The notes below the pieces were generated by a model. That model did not search any database. It saw nothing but the letters and a program-made list of their open reading frames with translations, and was not told the DNA's origin. Below, one piece after another: positions 1 to 11,804 of a DNA stretch of 64,000 nucleotides. This stretch comes from Monocercomonoides exilis PA203 (Eukaryota > Protista > Preaxostyla): the NCBI GenBank assembly GCA_001643675.2, contig LSRY02000014.1:868001-932000 (forward strand). The letters are read 5' to 3'. The position numbers were made by a program, and so were the translations under genes. Position 1 is the stretch's first letter, and every line of letters starts with the position of its first letter.

Positions 1-2313
1 AAGTTAAAGAAAAGTGTTTTGTTAGCTCACAAATATAAGGAAGGAATATAAAAACCTTTTTGCAATTGAGAAACTTGATTTTCTATTTGATGGTTCAGAA
101 ACGTGTCCTTGATAAACTCCTCCGGCTCAACATTTTGTGTTGCATAAAGATTAAGAAGTTCATCAAACTTCATTGAAAATTGTGAATGATATTCTATTTG
201 TTGATTCTAACCAGTCATTGTTTGTGTGATTGTTATTTTGATTGAGTGTTTCCGGTGCAAATAAACACGAAATTAAAAATAATCAAATTTTATTACTACA
301 AAATAATTACTTCAAATGCAAACATTTATAATGTTGAAGATTCTTTCATCGCTAATGGAGCTATTAATTACAGAAACAACAACTCCGCTTTTGTCGATGT
401 TGTGTCTTCCTGCACAGCTGCATAAACACGAATATGCAGCATGTGTCATCTTAAAATGTAGGGAAAAAAAAGAAAATTTTGAAAAAAAAAAAAGAAGTAA
501 ATTAAATTTTTTCAAAAATCAATAATTACCAACTAAAATATGTTTTAAAAACAAAAAAGCAATTTCAAAAAATAATTAAATAAATAAATAAAACATTTAC
601 ATATGCTTGTTTGCAACTGCTTCCTTTTCTCTTTCTCTCTTTATTCAAACCCATTGCTCTTTTCCTGCCTCTTCTGATTTTAGCGAAGAGATCAGAATCG
701 ATCTTGCTGCCGTTCCCAGTTCTTCTGCCACTTCCTCTGTTGCCACAAGAACTTTCAGTAAGCCTTGTTGAAAGAGACGATAAACAACTTCCTTCAAAAC
801 AGGCAGCATCCCGTTGTAATACACTCCTACTCCACTCAGCAGAGTCTGCAGCATTTCGCGTACTTGGGGCATTTGCTTGTCTTGTTCGTTCATTTGACCA
901 ATTGCATTGTCAAATGCAGTTTGAATGATATTTCGTTGCTTTTCAACTGAACAAAAAAATAATGTTTGTTGAATTTTGATGGAAAAAGTTAATCTATCAA
1001 TAATGAAAAAAAACGATATCTCACTTTTGCACACCATTATCTGGATCGCATGTTCCGAAGAAATTTTCATTTTTTAGCATGCAAGCAATATTTCCTGCTG
1101 CAGCACAATTTGAACAGAAAACAATACATGGATCTAAGTTGCGCTTGATGATATATTTGACTGGCTTGCTCAAGTTTGCACACATCAACGTTGATTTACC
1201 GCAAAGTTCAGTTTTGCCATCAGAAACCTGAATGTCGTCTTCCAATTGATTCAAAAAGCTGACAGCAGTCTTGCATGATTCAGCATGAAATTTATCTTCT
1301 CCGTCAAGTGCTAAATAAAATCCGTTTGCACCTATGATAAATCGAGGAGCAAGCAAATAAATAGCAAAATTATTCGTGCCATTAATAAAGATCTGTTAAA
1401 TTTCTTGTTTCTAATGAAGGGCACACCCACTGGGAATAAAAAATGTTCGAGAGGAGCCGATCTATAATTTGAATATATGATGTTGCATGGCTGTGACTTT
1501 AGTAAAACAATCCATTCAGCAATTTCTCGTGTATTGCTTATTGGATGTATTAATAATAATAATTTTATTGTGGAAGGTAGTAGCATTGTTATAAACTCCC
1601 AGCAATAATTGTTTTGCTCGTTATTATAAAAATTTGTTTCATCGAAAATAACTCTATCAATTTCGTTCAAAATACATGATTGATGGAAAAGAAGGTCCAA
1701 AAAATGCTTGCTTGTTGTAACAAGACATTTTGATTCAGGAGAAATAGATGTGGATTCTGTTATTAAGCCTGAAGATGTTGAATTTTCATTCAGTTCATAA
1801 AAAGTCCGTATTGCAAGCTCGTTCAATGCAGAAACAAATATGACTTTCTTATCTTCTTTAATGCTCAAAGATATGGCATGCTTGTATATCATGCTTTTTG
1901 CAGAATATGTGGGAAATGAAATTATTACAGATTCATCTAAAATTTTACAATATTTTTTAAAGACACGTATAAATATTAGAATAAAAGTTGTAAATAGCCT
2001 TCTTCATACTTTTATTTAATGCTTTAATTGAAAATTTCTGGCAACTATTTTCTAGTTCACTGGATGAATCGGATGAATTATTTGGAAAATGGAATTTGTT
2101 TTCATGTTTCCATCCAGGAGGATAGCACACTTCATATGAGCATATATATTTCCTTAACACTTTTTCACAAATTTTAGATTGTGTTTTTGCTCTTTTTTCT
2201 TCAAAATGTTTTGTGCTTTCAGGATATGGAAGAAGTGGCAATTCTGATTCTGTTTCATGGTGCGTAGCGGATGGAACAAATGTCAATTCATTCTTTTTCA
2301 TAGTATCATACAT
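1..2313 (-). CDS. Mtr4/Ski2-family RNA helicase-like protein, multi-exon, catalytic motifs degenerate; 3' end lies beyond the window
   Basis: Splicing GT-AG introns (e.g. 2009-1937) gives segments colinear with Mtr4: KALNKNESVIISFPTYSAKS, VIFDETNFY..CWE..MLLP, EIAEWI..QPCNIIYSNYRSAPLEHFLFP, LLSGVGVYYNGMLPVLKEVV..LFQQGLLKVLVATE, CAGRHNIDKSGVVV, SQFSMKFDELLNL..VEPEEFIKDTF. Confidence 0.85.
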
Positions 2314-2562
2314 GTACAACAACTCCAATTAAAATTATTGCGGAGTTGATTGGAATCACGTACTTTTATAAATCGCACAATAAAAATTTGATGCAGTTTA
2401 TTTAGATAAATTATATATCAAGATCTAGTTGTACTATTTTTTACTTTTCTCAAAGTAAATGTTTGTAATTTTCTTTGATCTTATTTCAATGTTAATTTAC
2501 GCATTTTCACCTTTTATTTTGCAAACATTAAATGCTTTATCGAAATAGAACAATCCACAAAT

Positions 2563-3483
2563 ATGCCTCTTCATAAAATTCAAAAAGATAAAGCCTACTA
2601 TCGTCGCTATCAGGTCAAATATCGTCGTAGACGTGAGGGTAAAACTGATTATACAGCTAGAAAGGCACTCATTATTCAGGATCAGCGTACAATTAACAAC
2701 CCCAAGCACAGACTTGTTGTTCGTATCACAAACCGTGATGTTATCTGCCAAATCGTTATGGCCCATGTGTACGGAGATAGCTGCATGTGCAGTGCTTATT
2801 CTCACGAGCTCAAGAGATATGGCATCAAGGTTGGTCTCACAAATTATGCTGCATGCTATGCAACTGGTCTTCTTCTTGCACGCCGCTTGTTGGCAAAATT
2901 GCACCTTGACAAATTATATCCAGGTGTGAAAGAAGCAACTGGAGAATCAAAGCCAGTTGTTCCAAATGCAAAAGGACCACGTCCGTTCAAGGCCTTCCTC
3001 GATGTTGGTCTTCACAGAACAACAACTGGATCAAAAGTGTTTGCAGTTATGAAAGGAGCAACTGATGGTGGCATGAACATTCCACACAACGACAAACGTC
3101 TTGTTGGCTACAACTCCAAAACAAAGAAGCTTGATGCGGCTGTTCTTCGTGAACATATCTTTGGAATTCATGTGTCCAAATACATGAAGGATCTGAAGAA
3201 AGAAGATGAAAGAGCATACAAGAGCCACTTCTCGCAATACATTAAGGCTGGAATTACAGCTGATAAAGTTGAAGCAATGTACAAGTCCGCTCATGCAGCA
3301 ATCAGAGCCGATCCATCATTCAAACCAACAGAGAAAAAAGTTCCAGAAAAGAAAGGACCATTGTTCCCAGGAGGGCAAATGAAGAAATGGCCGTTGAAGT
3401 TGAGAAGACAAAGATTCAGACAAAAGTTGGCCAACATCAAGAGAAAGCAAAAGTCTGTCAATGCTGCACTTCTTGATATGTAA
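2563..3483 (+). CDS. RPL5: 60S ribosomal protein L5 (uL18), intronless
   Basis: KAYYRRYQVKYRRRREGKTDY, RLVVRITNRD, SAYSHEL..YG..GLTNYAACYATGLLLARR, LDVGL.RTTTG.KVF..MKGA.DGG..IPH. Confidence 0.98.
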   Translation: MPLHKIQKDKAYYRRYQVKYRRRREGKTDYTARKALIIQDQRTINNPKHRLVVRITNRDVICQIVMAHVYGDSCMCSAYSHELKRYGIKVGLTNYAACYATGLLLARRLLAKLHLDKLYPGVKEATGESKPVVPNAKGPRPFKAFLDVGLHRTTTGSKVFAVMKGATDGGMNIPHNDKRLVGYNSKTKKLDAAVLREHIFGIHVSKYMKDLKKEDERAYKSHFSQYIKAGITADKVEAMYKSAHAAIRADPSFKPTEKKVPEKKGPLFPGGQMKKWPLKLRRQRFRQKLANIKRKQKSVNAALLDM

Positions 3484-3834
3484 GCCCATTGCTGCTTACA
3501 TGCTCATTGAAAGTCTTTTGCTGCACTTCTTATTAAAAAGGAGGTAACTTGCTTCTGTCAGTTTTCTCTTTTTTACCTTTTTAAAAAAAGACTGATCCAA
3601 CAAATTATAACACATATTCTGCTTTTTGTTTTTTCTGTTTTAAAAAATATGTATTTGCTTTAAAAATATTGAATACAACTCACCTATCTTGTTGCAACTT
3701 GTATAGGCAAATGATATCATGCAATTATCAATTACACAAAAAAGTAATAGAAAAATAATCATAAAATTAAACGCAAAATAAAAATCTTTCATATATATTT
3801 GCTCTCGGTTAATTTTTTTAAAAATAAACCTCTT

Positions 3835-4782
3835 TTAAATTTTAGGCAAAGCAACAACAATATCTCCTTCGATTCCACACTCGTTATTTCCCCGTTTAAT
3901 CAAAAACACTCCGTCCATTCCCCAGTCAGTATTCCACGAATTGACAACTTTCCAATATTTCACCCCATCTTGAACTCCCCACCCAACAATTTTGATAGCA
4001 TGTAATCCATCATATCCTCCACTAACATGATGATATACTCCTGATTTATATGTTGCAAAATCTTGATATACTGTAAACGATCCTGTAACTGGCCCATTTG
4101 TCATAATTTCGGTTTGAATTGCTGCTTCTTTACGTGCAATATTGCCATAAGTTCTAACATAATACTTTTCTTTATCAACTGGGATTTTAGTATTGGGGTA
4201 GCATGTTCGATTGCATTTCGGTGTTTTCCACATTGAACATCCAGGATGTTTGCATGTTCCCATTTGATATGGAATGCATTCTTCAGTTGTAATACCATTT
4301 CCTTTGATAAAGTTGAAAGCTTTTGATTGCCATCCACCATTGCAACCGTTTGAACCAGGACAACATGATGTCAAATGTTGACCTGATAAAAGTGGTTTCA
4401 TCGAACCGTTTGAGTGAATGCAAAATCTATCTTGCAAAGACTCAAATGAAGCCATGGCCCAGCAACTTCCGCAGTGCCCTTGATCATAAATTGTTCCAAT
4501 TGTTTCGCATGATGGCCATTCCTTAATTGCATCAAATTCTTCTGGAATGTTATCCAAAACTTTTGTAGGAAGATATATTTTTTCTGATTCTGGTGTCTTT
4601 CTTGCTCCACACATTGATCTAAACTGTGCTCTTGTCATTCGCTCGAAACGAGGATTTCTTCCCGCAACCCACGATACATCGCTTCTTGTATTCACTTCAT
4701 TAACAATTGTATTGAGATCTAATGATAAGCTCAATGCAAGCAAATTCAAAAATAAACACAACATGTTCTTTACACTGATCAT
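3835..4782 (-). CDS. Cathepsin B-like papain-family (C1A) cysteine protease precursor
   Basis: Signal peptide, propeptide, QGHCGSCWA (catalytic Cys), GCNGG, GPV..F.VYQDFATYKSGVYHH, GLHAIKIVGWG (His), YWKVVNSWN (Asn), GNNECGIE. Confidence 0.96.
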   Translation of the reverse strand: MISVKNMLCLFLNLLALSLSLDLNTIVNEVNTRSDVSWVAGRNPRFERMTRAQFRSMCGARKTPESEKIYLPTKVLDNIPEEFDAIKEWPSCETIGTIYDQGHCGSCWAMASFESLQDRFCIHSNGSMKPLLSGQHLTSCCPGSNGCNGGWQSKAFNFIKGNGITTEECIPYQMGTCKHPGCSMWKTPKCNRTCYPNTKIPVDKEKYYVRTYGNIARKEAAIQTEIMTNGPVTGSFTVYQDFATYKSGVYHHVSGGYDGLHAIKIVGWGVQDGVKYWKVVNSWNTDWGMDGVFLIKRGNNECGIEGDIVVALPKI

Positions 4783-5111
4783 GCATATAATAGCTTGTTA
4801 TTTTTATATACTTTTTCATTGTGTTTTCTATTTATGCCAATGAAAATGTTCCATTTATTTGTGAAAATTTTTATCCTGTTTGATCAATTTTTTAGAAAAA
4901 AAGATTTCCAAATTCTGATAATTGGAAATGAATTTTTGTTAAACAAATCGGATACAAATATGTTGCAAAAAAGGCAATATTAAATATTTCAAATCATCCG
5001 GCATGATATATGTGAATATTGATAAGAAATAACCAATTTATTCGAAGAAATACTTGGAACAAATATAAAGGTTTAGATCAATTTTTGATATAATTATCTT
5101 TTTATAAATTG

Positions 5112-6604
5112 ATGACAAAATACAACAGTGTTCCAACAGACAAGATAAGATCAGTACTTACGCCAGAAGAAAATGCAAAAATACCTTTTGTGTTTTCTGC
5201 ATCACGATTGAAGGAAATGAGAGAATCACTTTGTTGTGGAGAAAATGAACTTCTTCTTGGATTAGCTCAGGTTTGTCGAAAGAATCGATCAATTATTGAA
5301 ATTGAATTGCTTTTATTGATGCAAATGGACCATTCATTTAGCTTATTCGGCCATTTGCGATCACACCACTAAGTCATTTCAATGTTGGAGTTGTTGTTTT
5401 AGGAATTACTGGGTTTGTGTTTAAAATAAAATACAAAATTAACAATTTTCTTTATATATTTAAGAACTGCATATCTTGGTGTTAATATTGAGTTTGAAGG
5501 TATTCCATTAAGTCAGACTGTTCATGCGGAACAGTGCGCTACTTCGAATGCTTGGTTTCTATTTTTATTTAATAATATTATATATTTATATTCGTTTCGT
5601 TATAATATAATTTTTAATGATATTAAAAATTTTTTGAAAAGGCATCATCATGAAGAACAAATTGTTCTTGTAGCAGGAACAGAAGGTTTGTTTAACTGAT
5701 CAATTATTTTTTTTATGCAAAAATTTTAATTCTTTAATAAATTCATTCAGAGCCATGCGGACATTGCAGACAATTCTTAGCAGAATTACCACATTCTGAT
5801 AAATTGCACTTTGTAGTTGATGGAAGAGAAGAAGTGTTGCTTACAAATATTTTGGTAAACCCATTTCTACCAACTTCAATAAAAATTGAAATTGAGAAGG
5901 AAACTCCATTGACCTCAAAAATAGATGGTATTTATAACTAATTTATTCACTTATTTTTATTATTTCTAATTTAACAGTTAAACCCGAGTTTGATTTATCT
6001 GAATTATCAGCTCAACCTCAAACAAAACAACTTGCAACTTTGGCTCTCGAAGCTTTGGAGAGAGTTTGTTTTTATAACTTTTATGTTCATTTTCCCTCTA
6101 TTTTTTCATGTTTATTATTCTTTCTTTCAATTTTTTTTCCTTTTTTTCTTTTTTTTTTGTTTTGTTTTGTTTTGCTTATTCATTTGTTTAAATTTAATTT
6201 TAATAATATTGCTATCATTTTGGAATTGTGATTTTAATTATTGACTAAATGATTCTATTATCTTTTTGAAATATTTGCAATGTCCTTAGTCATATTCTCC
6301 CTATCAAATTTCTCAATGTTCCCCTGCGGCGCTGGCACTGAGACTGAAAGGTGGAATTGTATCAGCTGGTGCTTTGATTGAAAATGTTGCTTTTAATCCA
6401 TCTCTGCCGCCTCTCCAGAGTGCACTAATACGTCTGGTGGTAATCGAGCATAACCAAAAATGGGGAGATATAGAGGAAGTTGTGATTGTTGAAGATCCAA
6501 AAGCTTTAATTCATCAAAAAGAGGTAACTGAGGCAGTGATAAAAGTCTTATCACCTAGCGCGAAATTTATGTATTTACCTGTTTCTGTTCCTCATCATCC
6601 ATAA
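5112..6604 (+). CDS. cdd: Cytidine deaminase, two-domain homodimeric (E. coli Cdd / plant CDA) type, about 7 exons
   Basis: Spliced product contains [28 protein letters not shown] (HAE), [13 protein letters not shown] (PCxxC), and a second domain [25 protein letters not shown]. Confidence 0.92.
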
Positions 6605-6911
6605 AATAGCGAATATTTTTCATTACATTAATAAATAAAATTGTTTTTCAATGATTTTATTATCATGTAATGTAAAATAAAGATAAATGGCTGAGCGACC
6701 TTTTCTTGAAAAGAGTGTTTTTCGATTATTAATTTTTTTTTCCTGTTTGAAATTTTTGCGCAATAATTTTATTTTTAAATATGTATTTTTAAAAAAGGAT
6801 AATATTTTTGAAAATGTTGAATTTATAAATGTCATTCTTGATTAAATCCACTGCGAAAATGAATATGAATAACAACTTTTTAAAGCAAAACACTATTTTT
6901 ATAGAAAAATG

Positions 6912-7300
6912 TGGCTGATCCTTTTTGAAATCATACTTGGGACAAAACATTCAACTTTATGAATTTTGTTCCACACATTGATTTCAAAGATTTTTCTTTA
7001 ATTTTAAATATTTCTATGTTATATTTTGTACGAAAATGTCTTAATTGTAGTTATTCGATTGCAGAAAAAATTTGGAACAAATTTTTGAATTTTTCATAAA
7101 TGCAAAAATTTTATCCCACTTTCGTTCGAGTTTTGATCAATATTTTAATCTCAATGGGATTTTGAAAAATTAGACAAAACTCATAACACACGTTGTTTAT
7201 GAAGTTGTTATTGCAGAAACAAATTTTGAGACAAATCCCATTGAGATAAAAATTTTGATCAAAACTCGAACAAAAGTATGATTTCAAAAAGGAACAGCTA
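6912..7300. mobile_element. MITE family D copy
   Basis: 26-bp TIR tggctgatcctttttgaaatcatact vs reverse complement of the 3' end (2 mismatches); inner hairpin ~7118-7277; flanks tg/tg. Confidence 0.8.
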
Positions 7301-7315
7301 TGTATTTTGTTTTCA

Positions 7316-7320
<5 letters not shown>

Positions 7321-7368
<48 letters not shown>
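7321..7368. repeat. Poly(T) run, 48 nt
   Basis: Seen directly. Confidence 0.95.
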
Positions 7369-7372
<4 letters not shown>

Positions 7373-7551
7373 ATATTTTGATTCCTTCAAACAATTGTAA
7401 ATTTTTTTAACTTGAATTCTCATATTTTCTAATTATTCAAAAAATAAAATTGAAAACATAGAATATTTGGAATAAGAGTCTTTTTCAATCTTCAAATCAA
7501 ATTCATTTGTTGAAGTCCGTCCAAAAAAAATAATTCTTATTTTGAAAAATT

Positions 7552-7807
7552 ATGGTGATTATTTTTGAAAATATATAATTTTCAATATGATATTTCGATT
7601 TGAAAATATGTTTCGAACGTTAGGGATGCACCCTGAAAAAAAAAAACAATAAATAGATCTTTTTATCTTACATTTATCTCATATATAGGCTGATGGAGCT
7701 ATTATAATATATTTCACATTTGACTTTATTTAATATTTACAAATAATGTTGGACGACCAAGTTATCAACACCCCGAAACAATTAATGATTTCAAAAATAA
7801 TCTCCTT
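7552..7807. mobile_element. MITE family A, degenerate copy
   Basis: ggtgattatttttgaaa ... caacaccccgaaa..tgatttcaaaaataatctcc; ~255 bp. Confidence 0.6.
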
Positions 7808-7855
7808 TATAAATCAATTTCGAATATTAATTTTTCTATTTCGAAAAAAAATGAT

Positions 7856-8114
7856 TGGGTGATTATTTTTGAAATTAAATTATTTCATTAAAAAATTTCC
7901 GAACAAAAATATTTCTTGAATATCAACAAAAGAACACTGAAAAGAAAAAAGGCTAATTGAATGCATTTTAATTTTTGATTCGGAAAAACCTTTTTTTTTT
8001 CAAAACAATTATCATGCCTTTTCTCTTTTGAATTAGAGTTTTCTTTCAAAAAACAAACAACCTTTGAAAAATCAACACACCGAAAAAATGTATGATTACA
8101 AAAATAATCACGTG
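7856..8114. mobile_element. MITE family A copy (~257 bp)
   Basis: tgggtgattatttttgaaat ... aaaaataatcac; internal sequence matches 10264-10520; flanks at/at (3' terminus degenerate). Confidence 0.75.
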
Positions 8115-8141
8115 ATTCAATTTTAAAATTAGCTCACCATT

Positions 8142-8413
8142 TGTGGAAAAATATTTAACTTCAGGCATTTTCATAGAAAAATTATGAACTTTTCATTGAC
8201 TTTTTGAGATCAACAATCGCAATAAAAATGGGTCCATTTTTTGACATTCGTGAAATGTTGGAAAACTTTTTGTTTTGATTTCAACAATGCCTGTTCACGG
8301 ATCTGAAAATCAAATTTATTTTGAAGTCTGAGAAAGCGATATATTATTATGAGACTAAGCAATTTTTCAATACTTTGTGCAAAAAAAAACTTGAAAGTCC
8401 GTATTTTCCCCCA
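8142..8413. mobile_element. MITE family C copy (272 bp)
   Basis: Colinear with 14676-14945 and 11087-11358; imperfect TIR tgtggaaaaata / tattttccccca; flanks tt/tt. Confidence 0.8.
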
Positions 8414-9573
8414 TTTCATCATTTATTATTCTATTTTGGTGAACTTATCTAAGCATCTGCAACACATGCCTTTTGACGTGAACATTTTTGAAGTGACGTG
8501 ACCTGACTGAAAAATTTCTCATTCACTCATAAAAAAAAAAGTGTAAAAAAAAAAAAAAAAAAAAAAAAACAAGAAATGCAAAGAAAAACAAAAATTTTTT
8601 TGTTATTAATCTTTCATTACAAAGAGGGCTTTAAGAAAATAATTTTTTTTCAATGTTCATTTTCAATTTAAATATGTCCAAAGTGTTGTGTCGTAATCCT
8701 TTTTTGTGGTATAAATACCAAGGCACGCACATCACTGTAGGGCACTGAATGACGCGAGCTGACTTTTTTCAAAGAAATTCAGACGTTCATAACATACTAT
8801 TTGCATCAATTTAATGTGTAAAAAACTAAATTTCATCACAATTGAATATATCAATAAAAACACTTTATGTATTTTTTTGTTTGTTTTTTTTTTTTTTTGA
8901 TGTTTATCTGTTTGATTTTCAATACGAATATATCAGCAATATTGCAGTTTGCATACGAAGACTTTCAATCTGAGAAGAATTCATTTGTAAATTATCCGAT
9001 TTAAAGGATAATGATGTTTTTCAGGAAAAGCATATAATTTAATGTTTATTGACAAATAATAAAAATTCTGGGTTCAATTTCTTATGACTTATAAAAATTA
9101 TGACAAAAAAAATATTTTTATCACTATTCAACACTCGGCCAATGATCAAAATTTTCCAAAACAATTTTTTTTTAGAAACTCAATTTTATTTATATTGAAC
9201 AATAAGTTTATCAATTTCGAATGATAAGTTTTCCAAAATCGAATAATCAGTTTATTAGTTTTGAATAATTAGAAAACAAATTATTAAAAATAAATGAAGA
9301 AATCACATTTTTTGAAAGTATTTCATTCATTTGTAATTTGAAACGATTCAAAGAAAAAACACGAAAATAAGGTATATAACAACAAATATTTTTTTTGTTA
9401 TTTTGTGGTAATTAATAATTAGTTTGAACATTATGGGATATAAAATTTTAGTTCGTTAAGTTTTTTGATCTTTTGTTTCTTATCATAACTGATAAGAATC
9501 AATAAAAACTCAATTAATTCATTAAAAAAATTGTGGGCAAATTGAAAACAAACTAATTCGCTTTAAACATATG

Positions 9574-10262
9574 TGTGTGATTATTTTTGAGATCATAACT
9601 TTTTTCTTGATATTGATTTTTCGAATGTTTAATGTCTTTGCTGAAGAATAATTTCATTTGAAAGTTTCAAATGGGTGATTATTTTTGAAATCATAATTTT
9701 TTTCGGGGTGTTGTTTTTTCAAAGATTGATTATCACTTAAAGAGATTTTATATTCAAATGCTAAATACATTTCAACTGTTTTCAAAAACATATGTTTCAA
9801 CTCAAATAAAGAAAAAAATGTCTTTTATAAGTCTTTTCATTTCTCATTGCTCGTTTGTTGATATTCAATGGATCTTTTTAAATCGAAATATTTAACCGAT
9901 AAAATATGAATTCAAAAATAATCACCCAAATACAAAATATTGTTATTAACAACTATGTTTGATTTTATTTTCATAAAAAAAATATTTTTTAAAGGAGTTA
10001 TTACTAAAAGAATTTATTTTTTAACTTTCCAAGAGAATTCAAAAACCCGGAATTTTGATAGAAAAAATATTACATCGAAAATTATCACCCAAATCAAATG
10101 CTGAATTTATCCAACTGTTTCATAAACAAATTTTAAAGCTGAAACAAAGATGATATCTTTTATCAGAATTTTCACTTTTCAGTGTTCTTCTGTTGATATT
10201 CAAAGGAAACATTTGAACCGAATATTTCGAATGGAAAAATTTGAAATCAATAATTATTACAC
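9574..10262. mobile_element. Older family A copy (reverse orientation) interrupted by nested insertions
   Basis: One end at 9574 (tgtgtgattatttttgagatc); continuation resumes near 10092 and ends near 10262. Confidence 0.5.
9672..9928. mobile_element. MITE family A copy (257 bp, reverse orientation, nested)
   Basis: tgggtgattatttttgaa ... ttcaaaaataatcaccca; flanks aa/aa. Confidence 0.8.
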
Positions 10263-10263
10263 A

Positions 10264-10520
10264 TGTGTGATTATTTTTGAAATCACATTTTTTCATTCAA
10301 AATTTTCGGTTCGAAAATATCTTTCAAATGTCAACCAATGAACACTGAAAAGTGAACAGACATTTAAAAGACCTCTTAATTTTTATTTCAGATTATGCAT
10401 TAGCTTTTGGAATAGTTGTGATTATATTTGCATTTGAATACAAAATCTCATCCCAAAGGAAAACAATTTTTGAAAAATCAACACCCCGAAAAAAGATATG
10501 ATTTCAAAAATAAACACCCA
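10264..10520. mobile_element. MITE family A copy (257 bp)
   Basis: tgtgtgattatttttgaaatca ... tgatttcaaaaataaacaccca; flanks ca/ca. Confidence 0.8.
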
Positions 10521-10564
10521 CATATTAAAATTGAATAAATGATAAATTGAAAATTTTCAACTTT

Positions 10565-11720
10565 ATGTCAACAAGAATCAACGATTCAAGAAAGGATATA
10601 TCAGATAAGAATGACAAATTTCCTTGTGTTTTATGTTCATTTGAGTGGCTCATCAATAATGTCCTGAACGTTGTCGATAAAAAAAATCTCCGAGGTGTTT
10701 GCATGAAATGTGCATTTATTCAAAATCAGAAACAAGAAAACAATACAGATGTGCAAAATGCGATAATGCGATCAATTTATTTGAAAATATTTCTTTCTTT
10801 AACACGAAAATACCATTTAATAAATTCCTCAGAATCATCATGTTTTTTTGTTTGAAATTAAATACCACTCAAACAAGTATTCTTTTTAACAACAACCGAA
10901 AAACTGTTTGTTTTTGGTATTCTCAATGCCGTGCAATTTTTTCAAAAATCACATTTCAGTATTTTCAGCCAATTGGTAGTGATGGTGAAATTATGGAAAT
11001 TGATGAGAAAAATCTTTAAAGGAGAATAATTAACAAGTGTTGAAAAAACTGAAGATGTCACTTTTCGGAGGTATTGAAAGGAAAAGTGAAATAGAATATT
11101 TTTATTCAAGCATCTTCATTGAAAAATTCTGCATGTTTGTAGAAGTTTTTGTGGAAAAAAAATATAAATAAAATATATTCATTTTTTGAAATACGTCTGA
11201 GGTGATTAAAAATCATGTTATTATTTAAATAATGTTTGCTTACGGATATGAAAATCCAGTTTATTTTGAAATCTGAGAAAGTTTGAAAAAAATGATACGA
11301 AAAACAAAAATTTATTGTGCTGAGCAAAAAAATGCACGAGAGTCCGTTTATTATCCCAAGTCAAAAAAGTGGAGGAATGTTTTTAATTAAATGTGTTTTC
11401 ATTATAAAAAAAGAATCCTTTCTCCCAATAATCCTTGCAAATATAAAACACAAGAAAAAGATTTTTAGCCTCGAACGGTAAATTTTCAATTGCTCATCTG
11501 AACGCATTTTTCCCATTTTTCAGTATCTAATTAATACAATTTCAAAAATCCACTTTCTGTGGCTTGCACAAACGGAAAAGTGATATTATGGACTTGTTTT
11601 CTCCAACTCGTCCCGAAAACACTCGTTTATTGATTTTGCGAAAATAATTTTATTTTATATTCCAACGGAAGAAGAAAACGATGATAATAATTGAAATAAA
11701 TCAAAAATGAAAAACGAATC
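10565..11720 (+). pseudogene. Merlin / ISXO2 (IS1595-family) transposase remnant, split by a MITE
   Basis: N-terminal CxxC motifs; FFNTKIP; PIGSDGEIMEIDE; LFGGIERKS..MFL..ESFLPIILANIK; SHFSV..NFKNP..ACTN..ILW; stops and frameshifts; 3' limit approximate. Confidence 0.8.
11087..11358. mobile_element. MITE family C copy (272 bp) inserted in the Merlin transposase
   Basis: Similar to 8142-8413 (ttcaagcatcttcattgaaaaatt ... agtccgtttattatccca); flanks ag/ag. Confidence 0.75.
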
Positions 11721-11804
11721 ATTAACTCTATTGGTTGATGATCTTGCTTCCTCATCTGAAAGTTATCTATATTAAGCAGGTGATGGTGAATCTGCATAGG
11801 AGTA

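Noticed and set aside
7321-7368. Poly(T)/poly(A) runs (also ~8546-8569 and 60507-60542) as retroposon tails
   Set aside because: No target-site duplication, Pol III boxes or shared body found
8460-8780. Slightly GC-richer motifs (gacgtga twice) as an ncRNA or promoter
   Set aside because: No recognisable structure, family or adjacent gene
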